From the NCBI GenBank assembly GCA_964016885.1, contig OZ024747.1:92318001-92382000 (forward strand): DNA of 64,000 bases. The letters are read 5' to 3'. This document shows, one piece after another, positions 45,526 through 58,399 of the stretch. The notes below the pieces were generated by a model, which was not told the DNA's origin, did no database searches, and was given only the letters and a program-made list of their open reading frames with translations. Made by a program: the position numbers and the translations under genes. The stretch's first letter is position 1. The number at the start of each line of letters is the position of its first letter. Source of the DNA: Eledone cirrhosa (lineage: Eukaryota).

Positions 45526-47011
45526 TCCCTCTATATCTCTTTCTCACTTTCTTTCTCTCACTCTATCCTTTGGAAGAAATCTACCGTACTCAGGGTAAAG
45601 AGGGGATGGGCTCCATCGGGCTTACAAAATGTCCTAAGAATCATCGTAAGGCACCCCAACGACTCTCCCGGGAGTTACGGATCCATACCATTAAATGCTT
45701 TACTAATACGGAGACAAAGGGCGGTATTTTAGATAAGAAATAAATTCCATTAGATACATATCAATCATATTAAATGTCCTTCACAGGATAAGAACGTCCT
45801 GCCTACTCTCATAACAATTATTTTCACTTAATCAAGAAAATGTCTGGGGATTTGGAGTATGTGTGTGTGTTTGTTTGTTTGTTTATTGTATATTTCTTAC
45901 TCTTGTTACCCGTTATGCACATTAGATACCACCCGCGCCAAGTTACTAATGCTTATTTTACAATATCAATATTTGATTATATCTCATGACGCCTATCATG
46001 TTTAATCAGTAGAATTAAAGGATTTTTTGTGGATTTAACAAGGATTTATAATGTTTACTTTCTTTAGAGTTTGTCTTACGTCATATATTTTTCTCTTTTA
46101 TTTGTTCACAGCAAATACTAGTTGTGCCTTTGTATACTGGTACTTACCTCAAATTTCAAGATGGTTTTCTACACAGTTTATGGGGAAGAAATGTGAGCGC
46201 ATTGAAGCTTGCGATCCTTACATTATATTATATTAAGTATACGGTATGTTCATGTCTTGCAGCACAACAATGAACTTATATCCACGTAAAAACTTTGTTG
46301 AGTTAAGGGTTTTGTTTGAAAAATTCTACATGGCCTACAAAACCATCAATTGTTTGGCCTGTTAGTTCTTGGGTATAATAGTTTACTAGCTTACTAGCTT
46401 ACTACTGATACGAATTATTCGTTATATCTACTACACTGGACTTTTAATTTTATTCCAGTAAGTTTGTTTTTAAAAGAAGTACATTTTTCTTGGGCGTAAA
46501 GTCACAAGTTTACATGGGGAGGTAATGCGGAGCAAGGAGGATACCTTTTTCTTAATGGTATTAGTTACAAAAGTTGTAGTTGTGTGACCTGCTGTTTACT
46601 ACCTATATGACAGAGGTGAGCTCTTGAACAGCAGACCTAAATAGAGGTAAATATTTCTTGTAAGTCGATGCCAAATACTTTTAAAGATTATATGATATGT
46701 CTTAAACGGTAAATGAGGAATATAACATCTTTATAGTAAAGTACTGAAAATTTAGTATCACTCAAGAACAATTTTTTTTTTCCTCACTTTCACTTTAAAT
46801 CATATTTACCCTGATCAAGTTTCTCGGAACTATGTTGCTCTGCGTATCTTCCTTAATGTAAAAATCGTATGACAATACTCACATCTAGCTTCTGTTATCT
46901 AAATTGTAACAGAAATTTCTCTGGTTCTATTTTCAATGTCTTCTAGAAGTTATAAGAACATCTGAACTTGGAAATTGTAATCAGTCGTTTTATGCTGCTA
47001 TTATTATTATT

Positions 47012-48422
47012 AGGGCGGTGAGAGGGCGGTGGGTTGGCAGAATCGGTAGAGGGTCGGACGCCATGCTTTGCAGTATAGAGTTACGGCTCTTTCCATTCTG
47101 AGTTCAAATCCCGCCGAGGTTAACATTGCCTTTCATCCTTACGGGGTCGATAAAATAAAGTACCAGTAATACACTGGGATATTTGCTGGCCTTGTGCCAA
47201 AAGTAGAAACAATTATTATTAGGTAATGGGGCGGTGGATTTGCAGTATCAGTAGAGCGCCGAACAACATGCTTTGTGGCATAGTTACGGCCCTTTACGTT
47301 CTGTGTTCCAATCTCGCTGAGGTTAGCTTTGCCTTTCGTCCTTACGGGGTCGATAAATTAAAGTACCAGTAATGCATTGGAGTCGATTAAATCGACTTTC
47401 CCTTCCGCCAAAATTGTTGGCCTTGTGCCTAAATCAGAACCATTAGGGCGGTGAATTGGAAGTATCGGTAGAGGGTCGGACGCCATGCTTTGACGCATAG
47501 AGTTACGGCCCTTGCCATTCTGAGTTCAAATCCCGTCGAGGTTAACTTTGTCTTTCATCCTTACGGGGTCGATAAAATAAAGTACCAGTAATGCACTGGG
47601 TGATTGCTGGCCTTGTGCCAAAATAAGAAACAATTATTATTATTATTAGGTGAGGTGATGGACTGGCATTATCGGGAGAATGTCAGGCAAAATGCTTTGT
47701 GATGTTTAGTTACGAATTTCTACGTTCTGAGTTCAAATCCTGCCGAGGTCAACTTTGCCTTTCATCCATCCAGTGTCGGTAAAATAAGGTACCAGGTATT
47801 AACGTCGATATAATCGGCTTTCAACTTTCAATTTCTGGGCTTGTACCAATGCTAGAATTATTACTATTCCACTAATATCGCCCCATAACTTCTGAGCCCA
47901 TCTCCTCTCCAGATCTGAGCATTGCAGATTCCCTTCCAGAGAAGGATAGGGATAGAGAATGAAAGAGAGGAAATGAGACAGAGAAACAGAGGAGGAACCA
48001 ACCTCAGTACTCGACTGGTACTGTTTTTTTATCGACCTCGAAAGGATGAAAGATAAAGTTGGCCTCAATGAGATTTAAACTCAGAGAGCAGAGAGCCGGA
48101 CGAATACATGCAAAGCATTCTACCCAACGTTCTAACGATACAGTCAATTCGTTGCCTCTCTTACTATTATTAGGTTAGTACTGAGGGTGGTGGATTGGCA
48201 GTATCGGTAGAGCGTCAGACACCATGCTTTACAGCATAGAGTTATGGCCCTTTATGTTCTGAGTTCAAATCCCGCCGAGGTTAATGTTGCCTTTAATCCT
48301 TACGGGGTCGATAAAATAAAGAACCAGTAATGCACTGGAGTGGATTTAATCGACTCCCCTCCACCCCACCCCACCCAAAAAAAGATTTCTGGCCTTGTGC
48401 CTAAACTAGAAATGATTATTAC
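47012..48422. mobile_element. Dense SINE cluster: four + copies (47012-47860), one - copy (~48000-48160), one + copy (48183-48422)
   Basis: SINE motifs joined through (ATT)n tails; taggttagta TSD around the last copy. Confidence 0.9.
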
Positions 48423-48760
48423 TAGGTTAGTAAAAAAGCTACGAACCTTTACCTCAAATGTGCTTCGCTCAATAAATTTGTGAATAATTGATTTTAATGC
48501 TATATGGGTTAATAGAAAATTTAATAGAGAAATTAGATTTGCTGTGAAACAATAATTGGTTAATCAATTCATATAATGATTTTGCTTTACTTTTTGTTAA
48601 ACATATTTTTATACGTGTGTGTAAGAGAATATGTGTGTGTGCGTGTGTCTTGTATGAATATTTGTACATATATGTGTCATGATGTGTGTATTTAAATTGA
48701 TATACAAGTATTTATTGATATACATACGTATTTAAATTGATATACAAGTCTACATATTAA

Positions 48761-48967
48761 CCCTTTAGCATTTAAACCGGCCGTATCCGGCCAGAATTCT
48801 CTCAAACTGGATGTATCCAGCCACTCATACTGACATTAAGGTATTGTTCTCGAAATAAATAATATCAAAATCTCATAGATTCGATATTATGTGAGATAAT
48901 TATGTAAGATAAAGCCTTTACCACAAAAATACAATAGCATATATAGAGTAATGTCAATGATAAAGGG
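48761..48967. mobile_element. piggyBac-like MITE
   Basis: TTAA-cccttta ... taaaggg-TTAA. Confidence 0.75.
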
Positions 48968-49149
48968 TTAAAGGAGTATATGAAGAAATATGCGATATTT
49001 TTGTATATAATAAACATACAAGTGTCTCACTATAGGTGTTTTAAGCTGTGATTATATCACAGCTATCTCAGTAACCGTATGAGAACGTCAGACAGGTGGG
49101 TTTGGGATTTTTACCCGCCATCGGTCACGTTTTCTTACTTCGTATTTAG

Positions 49150-49565
49150 ACAAGAATAAGGTCCTGCATGAGGATGGAATTAATGAACAGCTTTTTCTTG
49201 CCTTGAAGTCTCTGTACAAATGTCCTAGTGTTTGTGTTTGGATGGATGGTGCTAAGTCAAACCATTCAATGTGTGTGTCGGACTCCGCCGAGAGTGCGAT
49301 CATAACCGCTACTGGGTTAACATGCGCAACCGGGTATCAAATCCGGTGGGTGTAAAACCAGTCGAGTGGAATTTGCAGAAGGCACGGTAATACTGAACTC
49401 GTCAAAAGGTGATTTTCGGTAGGCACTGGGTAGGTTTGAAGGATTGAAAATCAGCGGGGCAAAAACTGAGACATTCGTCCTCGCAAGAAATCCTATATGT
49501 GAGTGGAGTTCCACTGAAGCATGTGGAGAAATTCAGAGTATCTTGGTGTTTGTTTTGCAAGAACG
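49150..49565 (+). mobile_element. Decayed RTE RT fragment
   Basis: GINEQLFLALKSLY...DGAKS / PFNVCVGLR, and a later EYLG motif. Confidence 0.65.
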
Positions 49566-49566
49566 T

Positions 49567-49975
49567 TTACAGATGTGACAGTTGAACTGTCTTTCTCCTG
49601 ACATTACCGATTGAGGGTGCATCTTCATGCACTCTATCATGTCTGCTCAGTCCATCAACTGACTTGCAAATTAAATCAGACTCATTGGAAATGCGCCGTG
49701 GAGAGAGTGGCAGTAAAACCATCTCACAAGTAGCTCGATTTCTCCCTGGCCCGTGTGACTTTAAATGGTTGATAAATCCATCTCTTGATAGAAGAAATCG
49801 TCCATACACATTGCACCTCAGTTCCTGCTGGATCTTTGCAAGCACTGCATATGGGTACCGCTTACCGAGTGAACGCTTCAAACCATCATGCTCCACTCTC
49901 TTTTTCTCAAAGACATCACATCCATACTTGATGATCATTCTCCATGATGTACGACCTTCAGCCAATGCCTCACAG
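49567..49975 (-). mobile_element. RTE-group LINE 3' end with degenerate C2H2 finger
   Basis: AEGRTSWRMIIKYG...CNVYGRFLLSRDGFINHLKSH. Confidence 0.65.
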
Positions 49976-50032
<57 letters not shown>

Positions 50033-50037
<5 letters not shown>

Positions 50038-50221
50038 GTTTCTACTTTAGGCACAAGGCCAGCAATTACCCAGTGCATTACTGGTACTTTATTTTATCGA
50101 CCCCGTAAGGATGAAAGGCAAAGTCAACCTCGGCGGGATTTGAACTCAGATCGTAAAGGGACGTAACTATGCTGGAAAGCATGGCGTCCGACCCTCTACC
50201 GATACTGCCAATCCACCGCCC
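50033..50221 (-). mobile_element. Young short-form SINE inserted in (TA)n
   Basis: Nearly identical to 54251-54435, 62493-62678 and 63215-63397. Confidence 0.92.
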
Positions 50222-50636
50222 TATATATATATATAATACATTATAAAGAGAGAAGAAACATTAGATATAATTAATAAGATATACTATACCCAAATTCCTC
50301 CATTACTCATCGACTACGTAGTTTCGTGGCATATTATGCAAAAACACTACATCACAGAGATACAGTATTTTTGTGAGGTTTGCCGACTTATCAAGAGGAT
50401 ACCTCATTAAGAGTTTCAAAACATATCCGTAGGACGCGAGATAGAATCCCGAAAGGCGGAGGGGGAGTCAATCACGTGATACAGCGGTCAAGAAACAGAG
50501 CTAAGCCTCTTACAACCATGAAAAAAATACCATGGAGGCGGAGGGGGTACTTATATCAAAGCCGTTGGCACCACTAATTCAAGGATATATGTGGATATAT
50601 TCATGTATGTGTATGTGTCCGCATGTATCTGTGTGT

Positions 50637-50690
<54 letters not shown>

Positions 50691-50696
<6 letters not shown>

Positions 50697-51202
50697 CATG
50701 TCTATAGAATCAATCAGATATTAAAATATATACTATTTCTTCTTCTAATTAGCATAATTAACCATATACAAAATCAAATCCAGCAAGATTTAAGAATAAA
50801 TTTTCTTACGGGGAAATCTCTGACAAACAATTGATCGTAGCCTCTTCGCGGCAGCTCCGTTCCACTATTTATCAAACATTTCGGCAGCATGCAGAATCCG
50901 ATCAAATATACCATCAACCGCACATAATTAGTAGTAAAATTAAACTACTAAAATTTTACTACTAATTATGTGCGGTTGATGGTATATTTGATCGGATTCT
51001 GCATGCTGCCGAAATGTTTGATAAATAGTGGAACGGAGCTGCCGCGAAGAGGCTACGATCAATTGTTTGTCAGAGATTTCCCCGTAAGAAAATTTATTCT
51101 TAAATCTTGCTGGATTTGATTTTGTATATGGTTAATTATGCTAATTAGAAGAAGAAATAGTATATATTTTAATATCTGATTGATTCTATAGACATGATTT
51201 AT
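50691..51202. repeat. Near-perfect 512-bp palindrome next to (TA)n
   Basis: 50691-50941 vs 50952-51202; 10-nt spacer; one 1-nt indel seen. Confidence 0.95.
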
Positions 51203-51312
51203 GATATAATGCTCTGATTTTTTTATTTTAATTTATTAATTCTTCATTGAGCTTAAAAGTGAACAGTTGCAACAAATATATATCTTTAATTTAATTTTAT
51301 ATATATGATAAC

Positions 51313-51378
<66 letters not shown>

Positions 51379-51386
51379 AACGTTTT

Positions 51387-51840
51387 CTTCTTCTTCTTCT
51401 TCTTCTTCTTCTTCTTCTTCTTCTTCTTCTTCTTGATAGGGTCGTGAGGGTACAGTCCTTAAACACTCCTTCCAGCGAGTCCTGTCAGAAGCAACCGTCT
51501 CCAATTGGTCGGTATGGATCCCCAAGCGAAACCAGCCAAGCTCGTGGATGTTATCCAACCATCTTGCTGAGGGTCTACCCTTGGCACTGCCGCCTCTTGG
51601 CTTTGTCCGTAAAATCTGTCCAGTGATTCTTTCCTGAGACATTCTAACCACATGCCCATAGTATCGGAGCTGTGATCTCTCAATTTGGAGAAGTAGCGGC
51701 TCTACCTGGAGTGACTCTCTGATCTCCGAGCTGCGCGCTCTATGAAGTAATATTTCTCCAAAGACTCTTCGGATGAACCCCATTTCGGCCGCTTGTATTC
51801 GCGATTATATTCTTTCAGTCATGACCCAAGATTCATGGCC
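51387..51840 (-). mobile_element. 5'-truncated RTE LINE with (GAA)n tail and TSD
   Basis: IERSQLRYYGHVVRM...KGRPSARWLD; aagaacgtttt at 51376-51386 and 51841-51851. Confidence 0.92.
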
Positions 51841-51934
51841 AAGAACGTTTTTAATCAAATTGCTGACATATACTTATGATGCTAATAAATTGACCAATAA
51901 ATATAACTTAATTTTAATTATTATTTACTCATTA

Positions 51935-52123
51935 AGGGCGGTGGATTGGCAGTATCGGTAGGGGGTCGGACGACATGTTTTGACGCATAGAGTTACGGCC
52001 CTTGCCATTCTGAGTTCAAATCCTGCCGAGGTTAACTTTGCCTTTCATCCTTATGGGGTCGATAAAATAAAGTACCAGTAATACACTGGGTAATTGCTGG
52101 CCTTGTGCCAAAAGTAGAAACAA
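51935..52123 (+). mobile_element. SINE copy with TSD
   Basis: attatttactcatta on both flanks. Confidence 0.9.
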
Positions 52124-53036
52124 TTATTTACTCATTACTTGATACAATGGTATTTTGCCTTCCATGAATGCCACCCAGTGATATATTCTATTGTTGTTTT
52201 CTGAACAAAAGCGGGAAGTCTTATATTTTCATATTCCATGTATCTGTAATTCGTATGGTATTCAAAATGTTTACTAAAATAGGTACATGAAGTATATCTA
52301 TGGCAGCTGTCAAGTATAACACTTCTGATGGTGCTCACTCATCTATATTATCTACCAACAATACGCATTTCATAAAGGAAACCAATTAAATAAAGCCGTC
52401 TATGTATTCTACCTCTATTTGTGACATATTTACATCAAATCCAACTAAGTTTTATGTTTATCACTGAAACCATTTTCACAGAACCAAACTATGATTATGT
52501 CTCTCCAACAGTTGTTTAATCCATCCATAACTGAGCAGACATATAACCAAAGGCTTTCTCGCCATGATAATTCCATTTGTTAGTTTATCTACATAGAACT
52601 ACATTATCCAATATGCCCTTTTTTTCCAAGTCAGTGGCAAGGTTCGATTAATCATTAAACAAAATAAACAAATGCTTAGTACATCAAGGGAAAAGGGGTA
52701 TCATTTTATTCATGTTAAACGTATTTATCATTCCAAAGTGTGATTTGTTTTGTTGTTTTGGTGGGGATTTCTGTTGACTCTATAAATGTAACTCGAAACA
52801 ATGTATCCCTAGTGGTCAATTGAATGAGATGCGACTACTGTCTGCATTCGTTTATTTTCCTGTCTTCGCCCATGGCTTGAGTCGTATGTTCGATTGTATG
52901 GGACTAAAACTAAAATATAGTGGTAGAGTTATAATATTAATATTTATTTTATTAAGGCTGAATAGTGAGTGTGTATCTGTGACACATATACATACACACC
53001 AGGTCTTAACACAAAGGATCCAAACTCCCACTGTCA

Positions 53037-53220
53037 GAATTGGCAGTATCGGTAGAGGGTCAGACGCCATGTTTTCCAGCATAGTTACGTCCCTTTGCCG
53101 TCTGAGTTCAAATCCCGCCGAGGTTAACTTTGCCTTTCATCCTTACGGGGTCGATAAAATAAAGTACCAGTAATGTACTGGATAATTGCTGGCCTTGGGC
53201 CAAAAGTAGAAACAATTATT
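53037..53220 (+). mobile_element. SINE copy
   Basis: SINE motifs. Confidence 0.88.
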
Positions 53221-53224
53221 GTAG

Positions 53225-53500
53225 GCAAAGGAGGGTCCACGTGATAGCTGTCCCGCGGCCCCGTTTCCCCGGAAGATGGTGAGAGAGGTCCGCTGGAAAA
53301 GCCATTCCAGCTCGCAAGGTTCACACCTGTGGGTATCCAACTCTGTGTCGATCGTAGTGAGTAGGGAGGTAGCCCTAGAGCCAAGAACACAAGAAGTTTC
53401 CACTGCTAAGTGCTCGACAACAAACCTGTCGGAGGGTAACCGATATTTGGAGAGTTTACTCTCCTTGGTCCGAAGTGCAGCAGAGCCTGGGTTAGTCGTA
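53225..53500 (-). mobile_element. CRE-clade non-LTR 3' fragment
   Basis: KYR...LAVETSCVLG...ELEWLFQRTSLTIFRGNGAA. Confidence 0.75.
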
Positions 53501-53521
53501 TATATAATATTCTAAAGTCTA

Positions 53522-53795
53522 AAGTCTGTCTTAAGCCAGAAGGCTCATTTGGCCGGTGCTTATCACGGTTTCATGGCGTGAAGCGACTGAGAATACAAGA
53601 CCTCCCCCTGGACAGGACGCCAGTCCAACGCAGGGTAAAACCCCCAACTATTGCTGGTACTCATTTTCAGCTGAGTATACTGGAGCAACGTGAATGAAGA
53701 GTTTTGATCAAGAACACAACACGCAACCCTGGAATCTAACCCACGACATTATGATCGTCAATCCAATACCCTTACCAATAGGTCACGTGCCTCCA
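53522..53795 (-). mobile_element. tRNA-derived SINE with Nin/Deu-like central domain
   Basis: tRNA-like head at 53725-53792; gctggtactcattttcagctgag and ccagtcc...caggg motifs. Confidence 0.6.
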
Positions 53796-54250
53796 CTATA
53801 CATAATATTATAACCATTAAATGTACACACAAACTACTTATTTCAATTTTACTACATAGGTTTGTTTCTGTTTCTTTTGTTTTTACTATAAATCTCCATC
53901 TATCCATGAGCCCAGAACTTCTAATGGAGTCCTAGGTGCACTGTTATGACATACGTCATGTCTCGAGCATTCAAACCTGGTGGATGCCGTCCTCTTTACT
54001 TACTGCTATAATAAATATGTACTTATAAGACATGAATATGGAATGGATTTCCGTCGGTTTCGACGATGAGTGCTTCAGTTGTTTAATCAGTGGGTTTGAA
54101 CCCGTAACCTAATGACTGTGAAGTTAACTCCGTAACCTTTCAACCATACTGGATTCACAGCTATGAAGACATTTCATGATTCTATGTTTTGTACAAATAG
54201 ATATACATAGATATAATCAATTAATTCTTGTTAGGCACCTTATAAATATA

Positions 54251-54435
54251 TAATTGTTTCTACTTTAGGCACAAGGCCAGCAATTACCCAGTGCATTACT
54301 GGTACTTTATTTTATCGACCCCGTAAGGATGAAAGGCAAAGTCAACCTCAGCGGGATTTGAACTCAGATCGTAAAGGGACGTAACTATGCTGGAAAGCAT
54401 GGCCTCAGACCCTCTACCGATACTGCCAATCCACC
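54251..54435 (-). mobile_element. Young SINE with TSD
   Basis: cttataaatatataat on both flanks. Confidence 0.9.
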
Positions 54436-54534
54436 TTATAAATATATAATGAAAGCAAAATACAAAACATCAATTCAACACTGAATGTGTCAATCGGTCA
54501 CACACCACCAAGGGTCTTTGAAACCTTTTGAAGC

Positions 54535-55045
54535 AAGTCAGCATGCTCACAGCATTACCGCAGGTGATGGCGAGGCTAAGGTGCAGAAACAATCAAGCAC
54601 CCTCACGGGCATCACCTGACACCTTGGTCAGGTGAGCCGCTAATAATGATAAGAACTTCGCTGTCGGTGGCCCAGCTCCCCCAAACATCTCGAGCACCAC
54701 AGGATAGAATAAATGGTTTACCGATAAGTCCCGGTACTTTAGAATTTTATTCCTAAAACCTGGTTACTGACATTGTTTGTTAAAGTCAACGGGGATTACC
54801 TGGGCACTTCCTATTTGCACCGGTCACCATCGAGACCTCAGGAGTACTTGGACCCCGTATTGCCGAGCTCCTCCACAAAATGAGAACGTCAGCTGTCCGC
54901 GAGGCGCTGCCCCAGCACTGCTGTACCCTTGACCCAGAGCCCATCACCCTCACCCTTCCCCCTTCCCTCTTCCCCCTCCCATTTTTCTGTGACCCCAGAG
55001 TCTTTGCCCTTCCCTTTATTTTCCATTTTTAAATATCTTCAGTGT
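54535..55045. mobile_element. Two divergent CRE-clade fragments (- 54535-54745; + 54790-55045)
   Basis: KYRDL...FYPVVLEMFG...GDAREG...LSLAITCGNAVSML and FLFAPVTIETSGVLGP; the 3' part is repeated at ~30930-31050. Confidence 0.7.
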
Positions 55046-55353
55046 TGTTATTTGAAATATTTTCTTTGAATTTAAACATTTCAATTATTTAATGTTCAAG
55101 TTTAATAAATTATACAGGGTGTCCCCAAAAAATGTATGCACACTTCAACATCATTCTAATAGATATTGCCTGTACAGGTACTCGATGTGTGTATATATTT
55201 TTGAGGAACACCCTTTATTTAATATAATAAACTATTAGACAGTTCTAAAGTTGTTTTCTTTCATTTCTCTCTTTCCACCTTACTATCTCCCTCATTTTTG
55301 TTACTTTTATTTCCTCCATGTTACTGTTTCCCGTCTTTGTTTGAAGGTATATT

Positions 55354-55458
55354 TCTTCGCGGTACAGCAGGCATCTTCGCGGTACAGCAGGCATCTTCGC
55401 GGTACAGCAGGTATCTTCGCGGTACAGCAGGTATCTTCGCGGTACAGCAGGTATCTTC
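55354..55458 (+). repeat. 20-bp GC-rich tandem repeat x5, tcttcgcggtacagcagg(c/t)a
   Basis: Directly visible; followed by a (CA)n/(CATA)n tract to ~55815. Confidence 0.95.
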
Positions 55459-56189
55459 GCGGTACAGCAGGTATCTTCATTTCAACGCCATACACCGCGC
55501 ACACACACACATACATATACTCATACACACACACACACACACACACATACATACACATAGAGACATACACATACACGCACACACATATACACACACATAC
55601 ACATACAGACATACACACACATATACACACATACACGCGCGCACAGACACATACACGCATACATACATACACACACGCTCAACATACGTGTATGCAGGCA
55701 TACACATACACACACACACACATATACACAATCACACATATACATACACATACAGACATACACATACACACACACATATATATATACATACACACAAACA
55801 CACACATATACACAAATGTATGTGAGGAGTAAATATGAGAAAATGAGAGACGATACCTTCAGTGATTTTTACCGAGACAGTTTGCTGTTAAGTTGTGTTA
55901 TATAAGGAAAGGGAAATAACTCTTTATTAGTTACTTCCCTTTGTTTTTATCTACTGAACACTTTGTTTCGTTATTCTCTGATTAGGAATATCAGAAGGCC
56001 AATGCTGTGTGTGTGGAAGTGTGATTAGTACAGTGCCTGGAGTGGACACAATATGGGTGACGAGAGAAGGAGGGGCTAGTAATCTGAAAAGACTGAAAGG
56101 AGTTGTATTAGATCAACTAGATCGGATGACGAAAGGCCATTATAATAGCTGTAGAAAAGTCAAAGTGGTAAGACAGCATATCTGCGGAT

Positions 56190-56560
56190 TACAGGTTCAA
56201 TTTCAGTTGTGAGCGACTTCATGACGACATATCTGGTGACCTTTCTTAGGATGCCTTCTGCGATGTCTTCGTGTAACGGCGGCAAAATATGAGTTGATAG
56301 TGCGGTGTTTGAATGTGAGTTCTACCTGAGTTGTGACGATTGTTAGTAATGGAAAGGAGACGAAGTATTTTCTGGTTCTGAAGAGAAAAGCCAGTCCTTG
56401 TGTTGCAGACATTGCTATGCTTAGAATGTGCGTTCATCAGAAGACGTCGTGAGTGCTGGTAATATATAGCACTCGTAGTACCACTGGAGGTGGTAGTTAA
56501 GTGCTGTTCATGTTTTTGTAGTGATTGTGGTTTCGTCGTGTTGAAGGGAACAATATTGGC
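56190..56560 (-). mobile_element. Decayed CR1/Jockey-group LINE fragment
   Basis: ATQGLAFLFRTRKYF...LLT. Confidence 0.5.
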
Positions 56561-57184
56561 TTTACATTATCGGAGAATACTTTCAAAATCTCTTGAAACT
56601 AATGCTGGTCTAGGCTAAAGTGTCTAGACTGAACGTGGATGTCATTTGGGTTTATAGGGTTAAGAATGGGTTTGTTTAGGTAACGGCAAGTAAGTTATTC
56701 ATATTTACGAGGAAGAATGTAGATGACAAAACTAAACCTTGATGTACATAAAAGTTGAGAGATTATAGGTTTGGTGAAAGAGTGATCTGAGAGGAAGCCA
56801 CAAATTCAAGAAACGAGGGTTGGATTTTGTTGAACTTGTACTGAGGAAGATAGTAACATATCCAAGAGCCCCCAATAATCACAGGAACACATCGGAGAGT
56901 ATTGTCAAGGTGGAAGGTCCGCAGATTCCTCTTTAGTTCAGCATAAATGTCCTCCTTTTCACAAATCTTTAGCAATATATTTCCACTACTGAGCATGCTT
57001 TCTTTTCTCTGTCCCATATCACTATATCTGGTCTGTTATGTTTGTATTGTATTGTGGTGTTGATTGGAACCTTCCATCGGTACTATTTTATATTATGTAT
57101 TCATATGCCCGCCACATCACTGTAGCCTTTTATATTTTATGTGCGTATGTACATAGCCTCTTGTGTGCGTATGTACATAGCCAT

Positions 57185-58271
57185 AAATAAAGTAACGCCA
57201 ACAATAAAAACATTTATCAGACATGCTATGAGTAAATGGCAAGCAGTTCTGCAGATACAAACAAAAGATGGATGCATAAAAATTAATCCCATTCTAATTA
57301 ACAGAGGGATATTTCAAAAGAACTCTCTTCCACCAATCCTCTTCTGCGTAGCATTGACACCATTATTCAGAGTTACTAAAGAGGAATGAACGTAGTTATA
57401 ATTGTTATGACAAGAAAATTAACCAGATGAGAGACAAGTTGAAACACTGCCGTAGATAGTACATGGATTCACAACATAAATAGACATGAAATTTGAACTA
57501 GAAAATATGCCAATGCAGCCCTGAAGCGAGGGAAACTAGTAAAAGAAACTCTAATATCATGCTAGATAGAGAAACTGAGACGAGAGAATTAGATTAAACA
57601 CAGACATACCATTGAGAATGAGAATAATAAAATCATTTTACATTTTATGATACAATGTGACCAACCAGTGGAGCACAGAAAGCCAGATATTGTCTTTAAA
57701 GACAAACGTCAGAAGGAAATCATAATCACTGACATTCTTGTATCCGCAGACAACAGGGTAAAAGAAAAAGAAAACCTGAAAATTGAGATATGTGAACCAT
57801 TGAAAGAAGAAATATGGCATTTGTGGATGATGAATGCCACTGTTGTAGTGGTGTTTATAGGTGCTCCCAGTGCTGTTTCGGGTGCAAAATATATATATAT
57901 GGGCGCCATTTAAAAAACAGCTTTGCTAGGATACTGCGGCAAGTTTGGTCTCTATATGTAACAAGGGACGCTCCATGTAACCTTTGGTTTCTTGTTGACA
58001 ATCGCTTGCGTGGGAAACAATGTAACACCAACTGTCTATGTTAATGTTCGATGATAGTAGTAAGGAGGAGATTGGAAAGTACCAGGATCTTGCTTGGGAG
58101 ATAAAGAGATTGGGGAATGCCTCTGTAAAAGTAGTCCCCATTGTTATTGATGCGCCAGGGACTATTAACGATACAAGAGAAAAAATCATGAAAGACATAG
58201 GAGGGAAAACAAAAGTTGATCCAAAAGACTGCCTTACCGGGTACAGCAAGAATCATCAGAAAGGTACTTAA
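57185..58271 (+). mobile_element. R4/Dong-like non-LTR remnants (RT and two RLE fragments)
   Basis: INRGIFQKNSLPPILFCVALTPL; HRKPDIVFKD...KEKENLK; KYQDLAWEIKRL...VVPIVIDAPG. Confidence 0.8.
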
Positions 58272-58399
58272 GCTTTAAGGAAACTAGTTGCGAGAATTCT
58301 TCAATAGGGAGGAGACTTCCAAAGGCCAGCGGGAAAAAAAACTATAAAAAGGCACGGTTAGCTTTGCTGCTATGGCAAGTGTCTCCTAGTTCTCCTGCT

